64,000 nucleotides of DNA from Candidatus Algichlamydia australiensis (GCA_033977065.1 JAXCHI010000002.1:160001-224000), one strand, 5' to 3'. Shown: positions 40,458-50,613, numbered from the stretch's first letter. The notes: generated by a model not told the origin, from the letters alone. Numbers and translations: made by a program.

Positions 40458-42014
40458 ATGAAAATGATACCGACAAAAATCAAAAATTTTTTAATGCCAT
40501 TTGAGGGAAAATGGAATATCGACTTTTTTTGCGGTCTTACCGTTGCTCTAGCGCTGATTCCAGAGGCGATTGCGTTTGCATTAGTAGCAAATCTCGATCC
40601 TCTAGTCGGCCTCTATTCGGCATTTTTTCTATGCTTAATTGTCGCTTTGCTTGGGGGAAGACCTGGGATGATCTCTGGAGCTACGGGCGCAATGGCTGTG
40701 GTTGTTGCGACTTTAGTGATTCAACATGGGGTTGAATACCTATTTGCAACAATTGTATTAACGGGGATTTTTCAACTACTTGTGGGGCTTTTTCGACAAG
40801 GTAAGCTTATTCGAATTATGCCAAAGTCCGTCATGGTTGGTTTTGTAAATGGTTTAGCAATTGTAATTTTTATTGCTCAGTTGGAGCAGTTTAAAATAAA
40901 CATTAATGGAGTAAAGAGCTGGCTTACAGGCTACCCCTTATATTTAATGATTGGATTAGCCCTGACTGCCATGGCAATCACCCACTATTTACCAAGGTTT
41001 ACAAAAAAAATACCAGGAGCTCTTGTTGCTATTGTCTTTGTGACAGCTATCGTGCGCCTCTTTCAGTTAGATACTCGTCTTGTTATGGATATGATGGGAG
41101 GAGAAGGAGTTTCTTATGGATTCCCGAAATTTTCGTGGTTACATGTACCATTTGACTTCTCAACTCTCAAAATTATCGTTCCCTATGCTCTGGTTCTGTG
41201 CATTATTGGCTTATCTGAATCTCTAATGACCTTATCGTTAATTGATGAGATCACTCATACCAGGGGACGTGCAAATAAAGAGTGCGTAGCCCAGGGAATC
41301 GCTAACGTCATGTCTGGGTTTTTTCAAGGAATGGGTGGGTGTGCAATGCTTGGGCAGAGCATGATCAATATCAATTCAGGAGGTCGGGGTAGGTTATCAG
41401 GAATTGTTGCTGGAGTCTTTCTTCTCCTTTTTATCCTGATTTTTTGGCCTGTCATTAAAATGATTCCGCTTGCTGCCTTAGTTGGGGTAATGATGATGGT
41501 AGTGATCGAAACCTTCGAGTGGGCCACCTTTAAATTTATCCGTAAAATCCCAAAACATGATGTTTTTGTAATCGTGATTGTGACTGCTGTGACAGTGTTG
41601 ACCAATTTGGCAGTTGCAGTCATTGTAGGAGTGGTCATTGCGGCACTCGTTTTTGCTTGGGAAACAGCAAAAAATATCTACGTAAAAAAGAGCATTAATA
41701 AAAATGGAGCAAAAGAGTACCACCTCCATGGGCTCTTATTTTTTGCTTCCGTATCTCAGTTTAAAACATTGTTTGATATTGAAGATGATCCCCAAGAAAT
41801 TATCATTGATTTTATCCATGCGCGCGTGACCGATCATTCAGCAATTCACGCCATTCAATTCGTTACTGAACGCTACAAAGCACTGGGAAAAAAGTTGTGC
41901 CTGCGCCACTTAAGTCCCGATTGCAAGTTGTTGCTTAAAAAAGCAGGAGATCTGATCGAAACGAATGTACTAGAAGACCCTGATTACCTTGTAGCATCAG
42001 ATCAGCTAGGTTAA
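40458..42014 (+). CDS. SulP/SLC26 anion transporter with STAS domain
   Basis: ALIPEAIAF, GGRPGMISGATGA, GGCAMLGQS, LFFAS. Confidence 0.95.
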   Translation: MKMIPTKIKNFLMPFEGKWNIDFFCGLTVALALIPEAIAFALVANLDPLVGLYSAFFLCLIVALLGGRPGMISGATGAMAVVVATLVIQHGVEYLFATIVLTGIFQLLVGLFRQGKLIRIMPKSVMVGFVNGLAIVIFIAQLEQFKININGVKSWLTGYPLYLMIGLALTAMAITHYLPRFTKKIPGALVAIVFVTAIVRLFQLDTRLVMDMMGGEGVSYGFPKFSWLHVPFDFSTLKIIVPYALVLCIIGLSESLMTLSLIDEITHTRGRANKECVAQGIANVMSGFFQGMGGCAMLGQSMININSGGRGRLSGIVAGVFLLLFILIFWPVIKMIPLAALVGVMMMVVIETFEWATFKFIRKIPKHDVFVIVIVTAVTVLTNLAVAVIVGVVIAALVFAWETAKNIYVKKSINKNGAKEYHLHGLLFFASVSQFKTLFDIEDDPQEIIIDFIHARVTDHSAIHAIQFVTERYKALGKKLCLRHLSPDCKLLLKKAGDLIETNVLEDPDYLVASDQLG

Positions 42015-42637
42015 GTCTGACTTGTGCGGTGCTTTTTAAAGAGAAACTGAAAGGAGCCTGATGGCGCTTGCAACTGTTGTTCGAGTAGTTTTGGAAAAGC
42101 GTGCATTCGGCGGTTCAGATCTTTTTCCGTCCAAGAGTAGATTCCCTTATCAGTAAGAAATTGAACTGCAGAGAGGATAAATTCTGCGCATTCAAGAGGG
42201 GTTTCGGTCTTGAACACCCCCTCATCACACCCTTGTTGGATGATCTCTGCATAAAGTGGAGCTTGTTTAATTAACGCATGAGCAAGTAGGCGACTATGCA
42301 TGGCACTATTCGCAGGTTTGTGGAGCCCATCCAATACAGCTCTATTTTCTTCGGAAATATTTCCGGTGCTTACGAGTAGTTGGAGCTTTTGCAAGGCATT
42401 TTTTTGAGACCCCTCAATTAGAGATCTCATATGGGTCACATTTTCTCCAACAATCTCTTCGATCACGGCTTCAAATAGTGCTTCTTTGGATTCAAAATAA
42501 TGGTATATAGTTCCTTTGGCTATATCGAGCTCTTTCATGATTTTCTGCATCGTCATATTTTCGTAGCCTTTGGAATCAAAGAGGTGACGAGCTGCCTTAA
42601 TGATCTCTATTTTTCGCTCAAGTTTTGCCATGGCCAC
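42011..42637 (-). CDS. TetR/AcrR family regulator
   Basis: AKGTIYHYFESKEAL HTH. Confidence 0.95.
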   Translation of the reverse strand: MAMAKLERKIEIIKAARHLFDSKGYENMTMQKIMKELDIAKGTIYHYFESKEALFEAVIEEIVGENVTHMRSLIEGSQKNALQKLQLLVSTGNISEENRAVLDGLHKPANSAMHSRLLAHALIKQAPLYAEIIQQGCDEGVFKTETPLECAEFILSAVQFLTDKGIYSWTEKDLNRRMHAFPKLLEQQLQAPSGSFQFLFKKHRTSQT

Positions 42638-42670
42638 AGTATAGCAAAATTAAATCATCTTTACCAGTTG

Positions 42671-42683
42671 ACCGACGGTCGGT
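42671..42683. promoter_or_regulatory. Putative TetR operator
   Basis: ACCGAC-G-GTCGGT palindrome overlapping a TTGACC -35-like hexamer in the divergent spacer. Confidence 0.7.
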
Positions 42684-42704
42684 TTGTGTGATATCCTTTT
42701 AATT

Positions 42705-43859
42705 ATGAAAATATTAATATCAGGCGCTGGGATTGCCGGCCTTACACTTGCCTATTGGCTTAAAAAGCGTGGTTTTACTCCAACAGTCGTTGAGAAACAT
42801 CCTTGTTTGAGAAAAGGAGGATATAAAGTTGATGTGCGTGGCGCAGCTATTGAGGTTGTAAAACGAATGGGAATCCATCAAAAGCTTCTCGATGCAAACG
42901 TCAACATTTTGCATTCAAAATTTGTCACATCAAACGGTAAAATATTTGAATTTGATGGTGATATTACAGGTTTGTCATCAGAAGGAGAGATTGAAGTGAA
43001 TCGCTGGGATCTTTCTCGAATCATTTCAGAAACACTAGATGGAATTGAGATGATTTTTCACGACGCAATTACAAAGATAGACGCAGAAAAGATGGTCTAT
43101 TTTGAGAAAAGCTCACCTAGAGAATTTGATCTTGTTATTGGAGCCGATGGTCTTCGCTCCAACGTGAGAAGATTAGCATTTGGGGAAGATTCAAAATTTT
43201 TAAAGGAGTATGGAATCCATTTTTGTATCTATCCAATTAAAAATATTTTTGATCTTGATCGTACGGAGCTTGTCTATTTTGACAAGGGAAAATTAGTATC
43301 AGCATACGCAGTAAATAATAATTCACTTGCTGCTCTCGCATATAAATCTGAGAAAAACAGAGCATTGTCGTGCGAAAATCCAAAAGCAGTATTTGAGGAG
43401 CAGTTTAAAGATTTAGGCTGGGAGATCCCATGGTTTTTGAATGCGATGAAAGCAAGCGATAATTGTTATTTTGACTCATTAGCGCAAGTCAGCATGCCTT
43501 GTTGGTCTAAAGGGCGAGTTGCCTTGGTAGGAGATGCTGCTTATGCAGCTTCTGGAGCCTCTGGAATGGGGACGAGCATGGCCATCGTTGGAGCATACGT
43601 TTTAGCTCGTGAAATAGAGTTAGTTAAAGGAGATTATAGAATAGCTTATGCTAACTATGAAAAGTCGATTTGGGAATATGTCGAAAAGGGACAGAAGCTT
43701 GCAGAGTCAAGTAACCGGATGATGACAAGAAAATCATCTTCAATACTTGTTAAGAGTCAGCTCTATCTAATGAAATTGATGCCAAAAAAATTCTTCCACT
43801 TCTGGGCAAAAGTAGGAAGGCGGCGCATGAGAAAAGTAGCCGATTCGATTTCGTTGTAG
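42705..43859 (+). CDS. Group A flavin-dependent monooxygenase
   Basis: GAGIAG, DLVIGADG, GRVALVGDAAY. Confidence 0.92.
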   Translation: MKILISGAGIAGLTLAYWLKKRGFTPTVVEKHPCLRKGGYKVDVRGAAIEVVKRMGIHQKLLDANVNILHSKFVTSNGKIFEFDGDITGLSSEGEIEVNRWDLSRIISETLDGIEMIFHDAITKIDAEKMVYFEKSSPREFDLVIGADGLRSNVRRLAFGEDSKFLKEYGIHFCIYPIKNIFDLDRTELVYFDKGKLVSAYAVNNNSLAALAYKSEKNRALSCENPKAVFEEQFKDLGWEIPWFLNAMKASDNCYFDSLAQVSMPCWSKGRVALVGDAAYAASGASGMGTSMAIVGAYVLAREIELVKGDYRIAYANYEKSIWEYVEKGQKLAESSNRMMTRKSSSILVKSQLYLMKLMPKKFFHFWAKVGRRRMRKVADSISL

Positions 43860-43860
43860 T

Positions 43861-43964
43861 CACATATCTGTTTGCTAACGCTCCTTACGAAACCAATAGG
43901 TTTCGTTGCGTTACGTTTACAAAAATCTAAGCAATTTTGCGGGCTTTTTGTAATGCAAAAATAT
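43861..43964. repeat. Diverged partial family F copy
   Basis: gctcctt-acgaaacc-aata-ggtttcgt-tgcg...aaaaaatctaagca...tttttgtaatg colinear with 46846-46945. Confidence 0.78.
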
Positions 43965-44199
43965 TGCCAATAGAGTTAAGCTACATATCAGCTCTTCTTC
44001 TATTTTTGCTCCATTTGTATAACAAAAAATATTGTAAATGTTTCAATAAATCTTGTTGTAAGAGTGGCTGTGAGTAAAAATATTTATCAAGCTGTTTTTG
44101 CAGTAAGGCTCTGTGCTCGATAAAAATTTTGCCCAAAGTGAATCGCAACCAAATTGAAGCAATGCTGTTTCAAGCGATGAGTTCATAGCTCATCGGCCT

Positions 44200-44241
44200 A
44201 TGAACCTATCTCACTAAAATTGTTTTATAAGATAGGTTCAT
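44200..44241. repeat. Short inverted repeat, possibly a collapsed element or terminator
   Basis: 12-bp perfect IR atgaacctatct/agataggttcat. Confidence 0.6.
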
Positions 44242-44270
44242 GTGTGAAGAGGGGAATCGAAAAGGGTTAT

Positions 44271-45563
44271 TTAATTTACAAGTTCTAGATATTTGATTCG
44301 TTTTTGGAATATTTTTTTGGTATGACTTGTTTGGCAGTAATCGACTGGTTGTTTGCCACTTTTGTCTTTTGCCGTTAGATCTTCTAAGTCACCAGTTAAA
44401 AGTAAAACTTTTTCGATATAACTTGAATTATCAGAAGGGCCTTTTTTTCGCATAGCGACATAGTGAAAAATCGATTGACCAGATTTAGTTTTAATTTTAA
44501 CAAGGCTAGTAGATTTCTTAAGAAGAGTTTCAACCAATTTCAGTGTGCAGTATTTTACAGCTAGATGTAACGCTGTTTCACCCTTGTTATTTTGGATATT
44601 TAATAGGGGATCAGTGGCTAGTAATAGTTTGCACAATGTAGTCATGCCGCCGAAGGTTGCTCTATGAAGGGGTGTATTTCCAGTTTTTGGGTCTTGACTA
44701 TTTGGGTTCGCGCCTTTTTTAAGCAAGTACTTTACCCCTTCTTGCCATCTAGCAGTTACAGCCTTTCCTAAAAGCTCGTCTAAAGTTTTTTCTTTGTGGG
44801 ATTCGTTTGTTCGTTCAATGTAGTCTTTAAGTTTTGAGATGTTTTTTTCGCTTACATTGAAAGTTTGTTTTTTTGAGGCGTAGTCAGCGGGCAGCTTGCC
44901 TGATTTGTCTCTAACAAGAACAGAGTAAGGATTCATTTTTATAATTTTTTTTACGACTGTTAGTGATCCATAAACTGCGGCAAGGTGTAGTGCTGATTTT
45001 CCTTCGAGATTTACAGGTAAAGAGAGTGATGCATTCTTCTCTATTAATAGAAAAAACATCTCTTTATACGTAGCAAATTTTGAGCAATTGATAGCTGAAG
45101 AACCTGTCTCCTTGTCAATCCAGTTAGGATCAGCTCCATTTTCTAACAATAGTTTTGCGCCTTTCTTCCAATTTTCTTTAATTGCGCTATGTAGTGCAAT
45201 TCCTAGGTAATTGCTACTCTTTGCCAATTCATTAATTTTGGTGGCTAATAGTTCGCTATCTTTAGCGCAAATAGCTCTATAAACTTCAGGAAAAGGTTCT
45301 TTTAATTTTTTCGAATATTGTGAACTGACTTTTCTAGATTTAGAGGGAGGGCGATCTTCATCTTCTGAAGGCTTAGGACAAATTAAATTTTGAATTTCAG
45401 AAGGATCAAGGCTAAAAAATGGATTATCTAAAATATCATCTGAAATTCTTTCTGAAAATGTTCTTGTTCCCAGAATAGATGGGGGTGGAAGTTCTTCTTG
45501 GAGATCGAACTCGATTGGTTTAAAAGGTTCATGTGCAATTGAACCAATGGGTGTAATATTCAT
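44271..45563 (-). CDS. Ankyrin-repeat protein, paralog 1
   Basis: GKSALHLAA, GNTPLHRA, GETALHLAV; disordered Ser/Pro/acidic N-terminus. Confidence 0.92.
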   Translation of the reverse strand: MNITPIGSIAHEPFKPIEFDLQEELPPPSILGTRTFSERISDDILDNPFFSLDPSEIQNLICPKPSEDEDRPPSKSRKVSSQYSKKLKEPFPEVYRAICAKDSELLATKINELAKSSNYLGIALHSAIKENWKKGAKLLLENGADPNWIDKETGSSAINCSKFATYKEMFFLLIEKNASLSLPVNLEGKSALHLAAVYGSLTVVKKIIKMNPYSVLVRDKSGKLPADYASKKQTFNVSEKNISKLKDYIERTNESHKEKTLDELLGKAVTARWQEGVKYLLKKGANPNSQDPKTGNTPLHRATFGGMTTLCKLLLATDPLLNIQNNKGETALHLAVKYCTLKLVETLLKKSTSLVKIKTKSGQSIFHYVAMRKKGPSDNSSYIEKVLLLTGDLEDLTAKDKSGKQPVDYCQTSHTKKIFQKRIKYLELVN

Positions 45564-45660
45564 GTCATTTATTATATAATCAAATAACAATAAAAGCAAT
45601 TAAATTTTTAATTATTTAATTTTTTATAAATAAATGTAAAAATTATTTTTTGAAAAATTA

Positions 45661-45727
45661 CCACTCTCAAAATCGTTTTTTACAGACAAAAACGCCGCAG
45701 AGCCACTCATCTTTTTTTGCTTGCTCT
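45661..45727. repeat. Left part of family F plus flank
   Basis: ttttacagacaaaaacgccgcagagccactcatcttttt near-identical to 46819-46857. Confidence 0.85.
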
Positions 45728-45880
45728 AGCTCTCTCTATCAGCAAAGACAATCATTCCTTCAGACATGAAGTCGGCAAGTTTAGGATGGAAGGGATCTAG
45801 CTGCTTCCTAAATTCAGGATGTTCTCACCTATTTGAAATTTTTTAAATCTGTATTTGATGAAACAAGGCCTAGTACTCTT

Positions 45881-46558
45881 TCACCTTTGTTTCTTCGAAA
45901 CATAGTCAACGGGTAGCTTACCGTATATGTCTCTCTCAAAGAGGGACAAAGGAGCTTTTTCTATAATTTTTTTAACGACTTCATGTGAGTTAGAGGCTGC
46001 TGCAAGGTGTAGTGCTGATTGTTTTTGGCGATTTAGGGGTAAAAAGAGGGATGCATTCCACTTTAGTAATAGAAAAAACATTTCTTTATGTGTAGCAAAT
46101 TTTGAGCAATTGATAGCTGAAGAGCCTGTCTCCGGATCTCTCCAGTTAGGATCAGCTCCCTTTTTTAACAGCAGTGCTGTGCCGCTCTTCCAATTTTTTT
46201 TAATTGCAGAATGCAGTGCAACTTCTAGGTAGTTACTATTATTTACTAATTCATCAATTCCGGTGGCTAATAGTTTGACATTTTTAGTGCAAATAGCTCT
46301 ATAAACTCTAGGAGCAGGTTTTTGTAATTTTTTCCAATATTGTGAATTGGTTTTTCTAGATTTGGAGGGAGGGCTATTTTCGTCTTCTGAAAGTATAAGA
46401 TAAGTTAAATCTTCAATCTCAGAAGAATCAAAGTTAGAAAGTAGACTATCTACAGTTCTTTGTGAAAATGTTCTTGACCCTAGAATAGATTGGGGCGAGG
46501 CTCCTCCTTGGAGATCGGGCCTTATTGTTTTAAGGGAATTAGTTGGCAAAATATTCAT
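45881..46558 (-). CDS. Ankyrin-repeat protein, paralog 2 (C-terminally truncated, possibly a pseudogene)
   Basis: Colinear with the N-half of paralog 1 (ETGSSAINCSKFAT identical); stops at YVSKKQR. Confidence 0.8.
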   Translation of the reverse strand: MNILPTNSLKTIRPDLQGGASPQSILGSRTFSQRTVDSLLSNFDSSEIEDLTYLILSEDENSPPSKSRKTNSQYWKKLQKPAPRVYRAICTKNVKLLATGIDELVNNSNYLEVALHSAIKKNWKSGTALLLKKGADPNWRDPETGSSAINCSKFATHKEMFFLLLKWNASLFLPLNRQKQSALHLAAASNSHEVVKKIIEKAPLSLFERDIYGKLPVDYVSKKQR

Positions 46559-46815
46559 GTCATTTATTGTATCATTAAATAATAATAAAATCAATCAAAT
46601 GGTGTTAATGTTTTAATTTTCGGTGTTTTTAATAAAAAAAATATTTAAAAAATTTTTTTAAAATTAAAAATTCATAGGGTTGCTCATTTTTTTTGACTAA
46701 TGTTCCTTGTCAAACCTCAAAAGATTTGAATTTGTCGCATTAGCAATAAAACTTAAGCATCTGTGCGGGCTTTTATTATGTAAAATAATTTTTGGAGGTT
46801 CCCACCCCCAAAGAC

Positions 46816-46947
46816 AAATTTTACAGACAAAAACGCCGCACAGCCACTCATCTTTTTCCGCTCGCTCCTTGGTAAACCCTCGGGTTTACCTGCGTCGCGA
46901 TCGAAAAAATCTAAGCACCTGTGCGGCGTTTTTGTAATGTAAAATTT
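46816..46947. repeat. Fold-back element, family F (132 bp), just downstream of tmRNA
   Basis: aaattttacagacaaaaacgccgcacag...ctgtgcggcgtttttgtaatgtaaaattt, central ggtaaacc/ggtttacc. Confidence 0.85.
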
Positions 46948-46952
46948 ATCTT

Positions 46953-47351
46953 TGGAGGTGGAGAGAATCGAACTCTCGTCCTCAGCTAGTTTCCTAGGTT
47001 TGACTACATGCTTATTGCCTTAAGTATTTAAGAACTCACCCTTATGTAAGACACCCCATGTAGAGCGAGCTCTATCCCATATGTGTCTTGAGAAAATGCC
47101 CTATGGAATACAAGCACTCCTCATACCAAGATAAATGACGATCGTACACGAACTCTCGGTCCGATTCTGTGTGGATCGCGCTTAGGATGTCGGGTTAGGA
47201 CGCTAAGCTATCGCTCAAGCTTAAGCAGCTAGAGCAAAATCGCAATTTTCTTCGCCAATTACAATGCTAGTCGGATGATTTAGGAGGCCAACCGACGTCC
47301 TCCGCATGCCAAAAAATAGGTAAGCTACCAAGTCGAAACCTGTTCACCCCC
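46953..47351 (-). ncRNA. ssrA: tmRNA
   Basis: 5' GGGGGTGAACAGGTTTCGAC, 3' GAGAGTTCGATTCTCTCCACCTCCA with G3.U pair; tag frame 47256-47221 reads GEENCDFALAA*; CCA not encoded. Confidence 0.95.
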
Positions 47352-47520
47352 ATCTGTAATTATACCAGAAAAAACCTGTACAAGCAAACTAGCAACTGGT
47401 TAACAATCAGTAAGTTAGACTGGTGTTAGTTGGTGCTTTCACGGTTTTTCTGAAATTAGTGTAGGTTTTTGGGCTTTTTTTGGGTAGGACAAAAGCCTAA
47501 TTTTTAGTAAGATAAGGGCT

Positions 47521-50500
47521 ATGTTTACGACCGAAAAAGAGAGTTTCTCAAGCCGCGAAGAGCGCATTCTTAACTTGTGGAAAGAAAAAGATATTTTTAA
47601 AAAGTCAGTGGAGAACCGGAAGGGTTCAAAACTATTTTCCTCCTATGATGGCCCCCCGTTTGCCACGGGGTTGCCCCACTATGGCCATATTTTAGCGGGT
47701 ACGATTAAAGATGTTGTTTTGCGCTACAAGACGATGCAAGGGTTTTATTTGCCAAGGCGTTTTGGTTGGGACTGTCACGGTTTGCCGGTGGAAAATGAGA
47801 TTGAGAAGGCGAAGAATTTGGGTGGAGCGCCCTCAATTGAAAAATTTGGGATTGGCAATTTCAATGAGGAGTGTCGCAGCATTGTTTTCCGCTTTGTTGA
47901 GGAGTGGAAGAAGACGGTTGATCGGATGGGGCGCTGGGTCGATTTTGATCAGACGTATAAGACGATGGATCCGACCTATATGGAGTCGGTCTGGTGGGTC
48001 TTTTCTGAACTTTGGAAAAAGGGTTTGGTCTATGAGGGGTTTAAGGTGATGCCCTTTTCAGCAAAATTGGGAACCCCACTTTCTAATTTTGAAGCGAATT
48101 TAAACTACCGCGATGTAGATGATCCTTCGTTGACGGTTGCGATGCCTCTGAAAGAGGATGAGAATACGAGCTTATTGATCTGGACAACGACCCCTTGGAC
48201 GCTGATTTCAAACTTGGCCGTGATTGCCAATCCAAAGATGCGTTATGTCAAGGTAGAGAAAGAGGGGCGTTTCTATATCTTGGCTAAGAGTCGTTTGGAG
48301 CACTATTTTGAGGGGGCAAAGGCTGTAGAAGAGTTTTCTGGAGAAGACCTTGCTGAAAAAGAGTATTTACCGCCATTTGAATATTTTTCTGATCGTGCTG
48401 GGTTTCGCGTTCTGCTGGATGAATTTGTGGGCGAGGAAGATGGCACAGGTCTTGTGCATGCTGCGCCTGCGTTTGGAGAGATGGACTTTTTTGTCTGCAA
48501 GCGTGAGGGGATTGAACCAGTCTGTCCGATTGATCAGAATGGAAAGTTTACAAGTGAGATTCCTGAGCATGAGGGCCAGTTTGTCAAAGAGGCAGATAAA
48601 GCGATTATCAAACGTTTGAAAGAGGCGGGTAGGGTTTTTGATCATGGGACGATTCGTCACAGATACCCGTTCTGTTGGCGCTCTGATAGTCCTCTGATCT
48701 ATCGCGCAGTGAGCACTTGGTTTGTCTCGGTGGAAAAAATTAAGGAGCAGTTGATCACGGCAAATGAAAAAATTCATTGGGTGCCGGGGCATTTGCAAAA
48801 GGGACGTTTTGGGAAGTGGCTTGAAAATGCGCGCGACTGGGCGATCTCTCGCAATCGCTATTGGGGTACACCGATCCCAATTTGGCGTGCAGAGGATGGA
48901 GAGTGCATTGCAATTGGGTCGAAAGAGGAGCTTGAGAAGCGTACAGGAAAGAAAATTGAAGATTTTCATCGCCACTTTATTGATGATCTGACGTTTGAAG
49001 AAAATGGCAAGACGTTTTCGCGAGTGTCGGAAGTTTTCGATTGCTGGTTTGAATCGGGATCGATGCCCTATGCGCAAAACCACTATCCCTTTGAAAATAA
49101 AGAGTTGGTTGAGGAGGGCTTCCCAGCTGAATTTATTGCGGAGGGGCTTGATCAGACTCGCGGCTGGTTTTACACGCTCAATGTACTCTCTGTAGCGCTT
49201 TTTAACAGGCCCGCTTTCAAAAATGTGATTGTCAATGGGATCTTGCTTGCCGAAGATGGCAACAAGATGTCCAAGAGCCTGAAGAACTATCCGGAGCCGG
49301 AAATTGTTTTTGAAAAATTTGGTGCCGATGCAGTAAGGCTTTATCTACTCAATAGCCCCGCAACGCATGGCGATGACTTGCGCTTTTGTGAAAAAGGCGT
49401 TGAGCAAGTGGTGCGAGGGATGCTTTTGCCTCTTTGGAATAGCTACTTTTTCCTTGCGACGTATGCAAAAATTTATGGCTGGCAGCCAGGCGCAGATCTT
49501 GAAAAGCCGGAGGCGGTCATTGATCGCTGGATTCTCTCTAAGCTGCAGACTTTGATCTCTGATGTGCAGAAAAGTATGGATGAGTACCAATTAAGCGATG
49601 CGGTTCCTCCATTTTTGCGATTCATTGATCAGGTGACTAATTGGTACATTCGCCGCTGTCGTCCGCGTTTTTGGGCGGATGAAGATTCATCTGATCGCCG
49701 AGAAGCGTTCCAAACACTCTATCAAGTTTTGCAGAGTTTAGTCCGCATTGCGGCGCCGTTCATTCCTTTTATCAGTGAGGCGATCTACCAAGGTTTGCGC
49801 AGAGAAAAGGATCCAGAGTCTGTTCACCTTACAGATTTTCCAAAAATGAATCCTAATATGCAGGATGAAAATCTTGAAAAAGAGATGGCTCTTGCGCAGA
49901 CAGCTGTGAGTCTGGGGCATGCTCTTCGCAAAGAGGAGCGTATGAAAGTGCGCCAGCCTCTACCAAAAGTCTTTTTAATTTCGTCCGACAAGCAAGTCTT
50001 GACTGCCTTAAAAAGCAGCGAAAATTTGATCCTAGATGAGCTCAATGTTAAGGAAGTTGTCTACTCTGAAAATGAGAAAGAGTTTGTGGAAATCAAAGTG
50101 AAACCCAATTTCGCAGAGTTGAAAAAGCGAGCAGGTGCCAAAATGGGCCCAATTTGTAAAGCGGTTGGCTCGCTTTCAACAGAACAGGTTAACACCCTTC
50201 TTAATGGAAAATCTGTTGAGATCGAGGAAAATTTTGCTCTGACGGAAAAAGATCTTTTGATTGAGCGCAAAGTAAAGCAAGGTCTTGTCGCAAGTTGCGA
50301 AGGCGCACTAACTGTTGCTCTAGACTTGACCCTAAGTGAAGAGCTTAAACTTGAAGGTTTGGCCCGAGAAATTGTCAACAAGCTGAATACGATGCGTCGT
50401 GAAGCGAATCTTGAGGTTACAGATCGCATTGAGGTCCAGATAGAGGGTTCTGATCGCGTGAGCCAAGCGTATGAGCTGCATAAAGATTACATTTGTGGAG

Positions 50501-50598
50501 AAGCACTCGTAACAAAGTTAGAGATGGTTTCGAACACAGGTCAGGAGTGGGATTTGAATGGAGAAATGGCTAAAATAGCTATAAAAATAACTGCTTAG
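47521..50598 (+). CDS. ileS: Isoleucyl-tRNA synthetase, type 2
   Basis: DGPPFATGLPHYGH, GWDCHGLP, WTTTPWTL, KMSKS. Confidence 0.98.
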   Translation: MFTTEKESFSSREERILNLWKEKDIFKKSVENRKGSKLFSSYDGPPFATGLPHYGHILAGTIKDVVLRYKTMQGFYLPRRFGWDCHGLPVENEIEKAKNLGGAPSIEKFGIGNFNEECRSIVFRFVEEWKKTVDRMGRWVDFDQTYKTMDPTYMESVWWVFSELWKKGLVYEGFKVMPFSAKLGTPLSNFEANLNYRDVDDPSLTVAMPLKEDENTSLLIWTTTPWTLISNLAVIANPKMRYVKVEKEGRFYILAKSRLEHYFEGAKAVEEFSGEDLAEKEYLPPFEYFSDRAGFRVLLDEFVGEEDGTGLVHAAPAFGEMDFFVCKREGIEPVCPIDQNGKFTSEIPEHEGQFVKEADKAIIKRLKEAGRVFDHGTIRHRYPFCWRSDSPLIYRAVSTWFVSVEKIKEQLITANEKIHWVPGHLQKGRFGKWLENARDWAISRNRYWGTPIPIWRAEDGECIAIGSKEELEKRTGKKIEDFHRHFIDDLTFEENGKTFSRVSEVFDCWFESGSMPYAQNHYPFENKELVEEGFPAEFIAEGLDQTRGWFYTLNVLSVALFNRPAFKNVIVNGILLAEDGNKMSKSLKNYPEPEIVFEKFGADAVRLYLLNSPATHGDDLRFCEKGVEQVVRGMLLPLWNSYFFLATYAKIYGWQPGADLEKPEAVIDRWILSKLQTLISDVQKSMDEYQLSDAVPPFLRFIDQVTNWYIRRCRPRFWADEDSSDRREAFQTLYQVLQSLVRIAAPFIPFISEAIYQGLRREKDPESVHLTDFPKMNPNMQDENLEKEMALAQTAVSLGHALRKEERMKVRQPLPKVFLISSDKQVLTALKSSENLILDELNVKEVVYSENEKEFVEIKVKPNFAELKKRAGAKMGPICKAVGSLSTEQVNTLLNGKSVEIEENFALTEKDLLIERKVKQGLVASCEGALTVALDLTLSEELKLEGLAREIVNKLNTMRREANLEVTDRIEVQIEGSDRVSQAYELHKDYICGEALVTKLEMVSNTGQEWDLNGEMAKIAIKITA

Positions 50599-50613
50599 TT
50601 ATTTTTCGTCTCC

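Noticed and set aside
44242..44262. gtgaagaggggaatcgaa as a tRNA/tmRNA att remnant
   Set aside because: Similarity to the tmRNA T-arm is too short and degenerate to support.
26700..46950. Prophage or intact integrative element
   Set aside because: No integrase, transposase, phage or conjugation genes; it reads as an accreted accessory region.
47352..47520. T-box leader upstream of ileS
   Set aside because: No T-box consensus (GGTGGxACCGCG) and too little room; the region must hold divergent promoters.
48367..49083. 238-aa antisense ORF inside ileS
   Set aside because: Fully overlaps a conserved essential gene and has no recognisable motifs.
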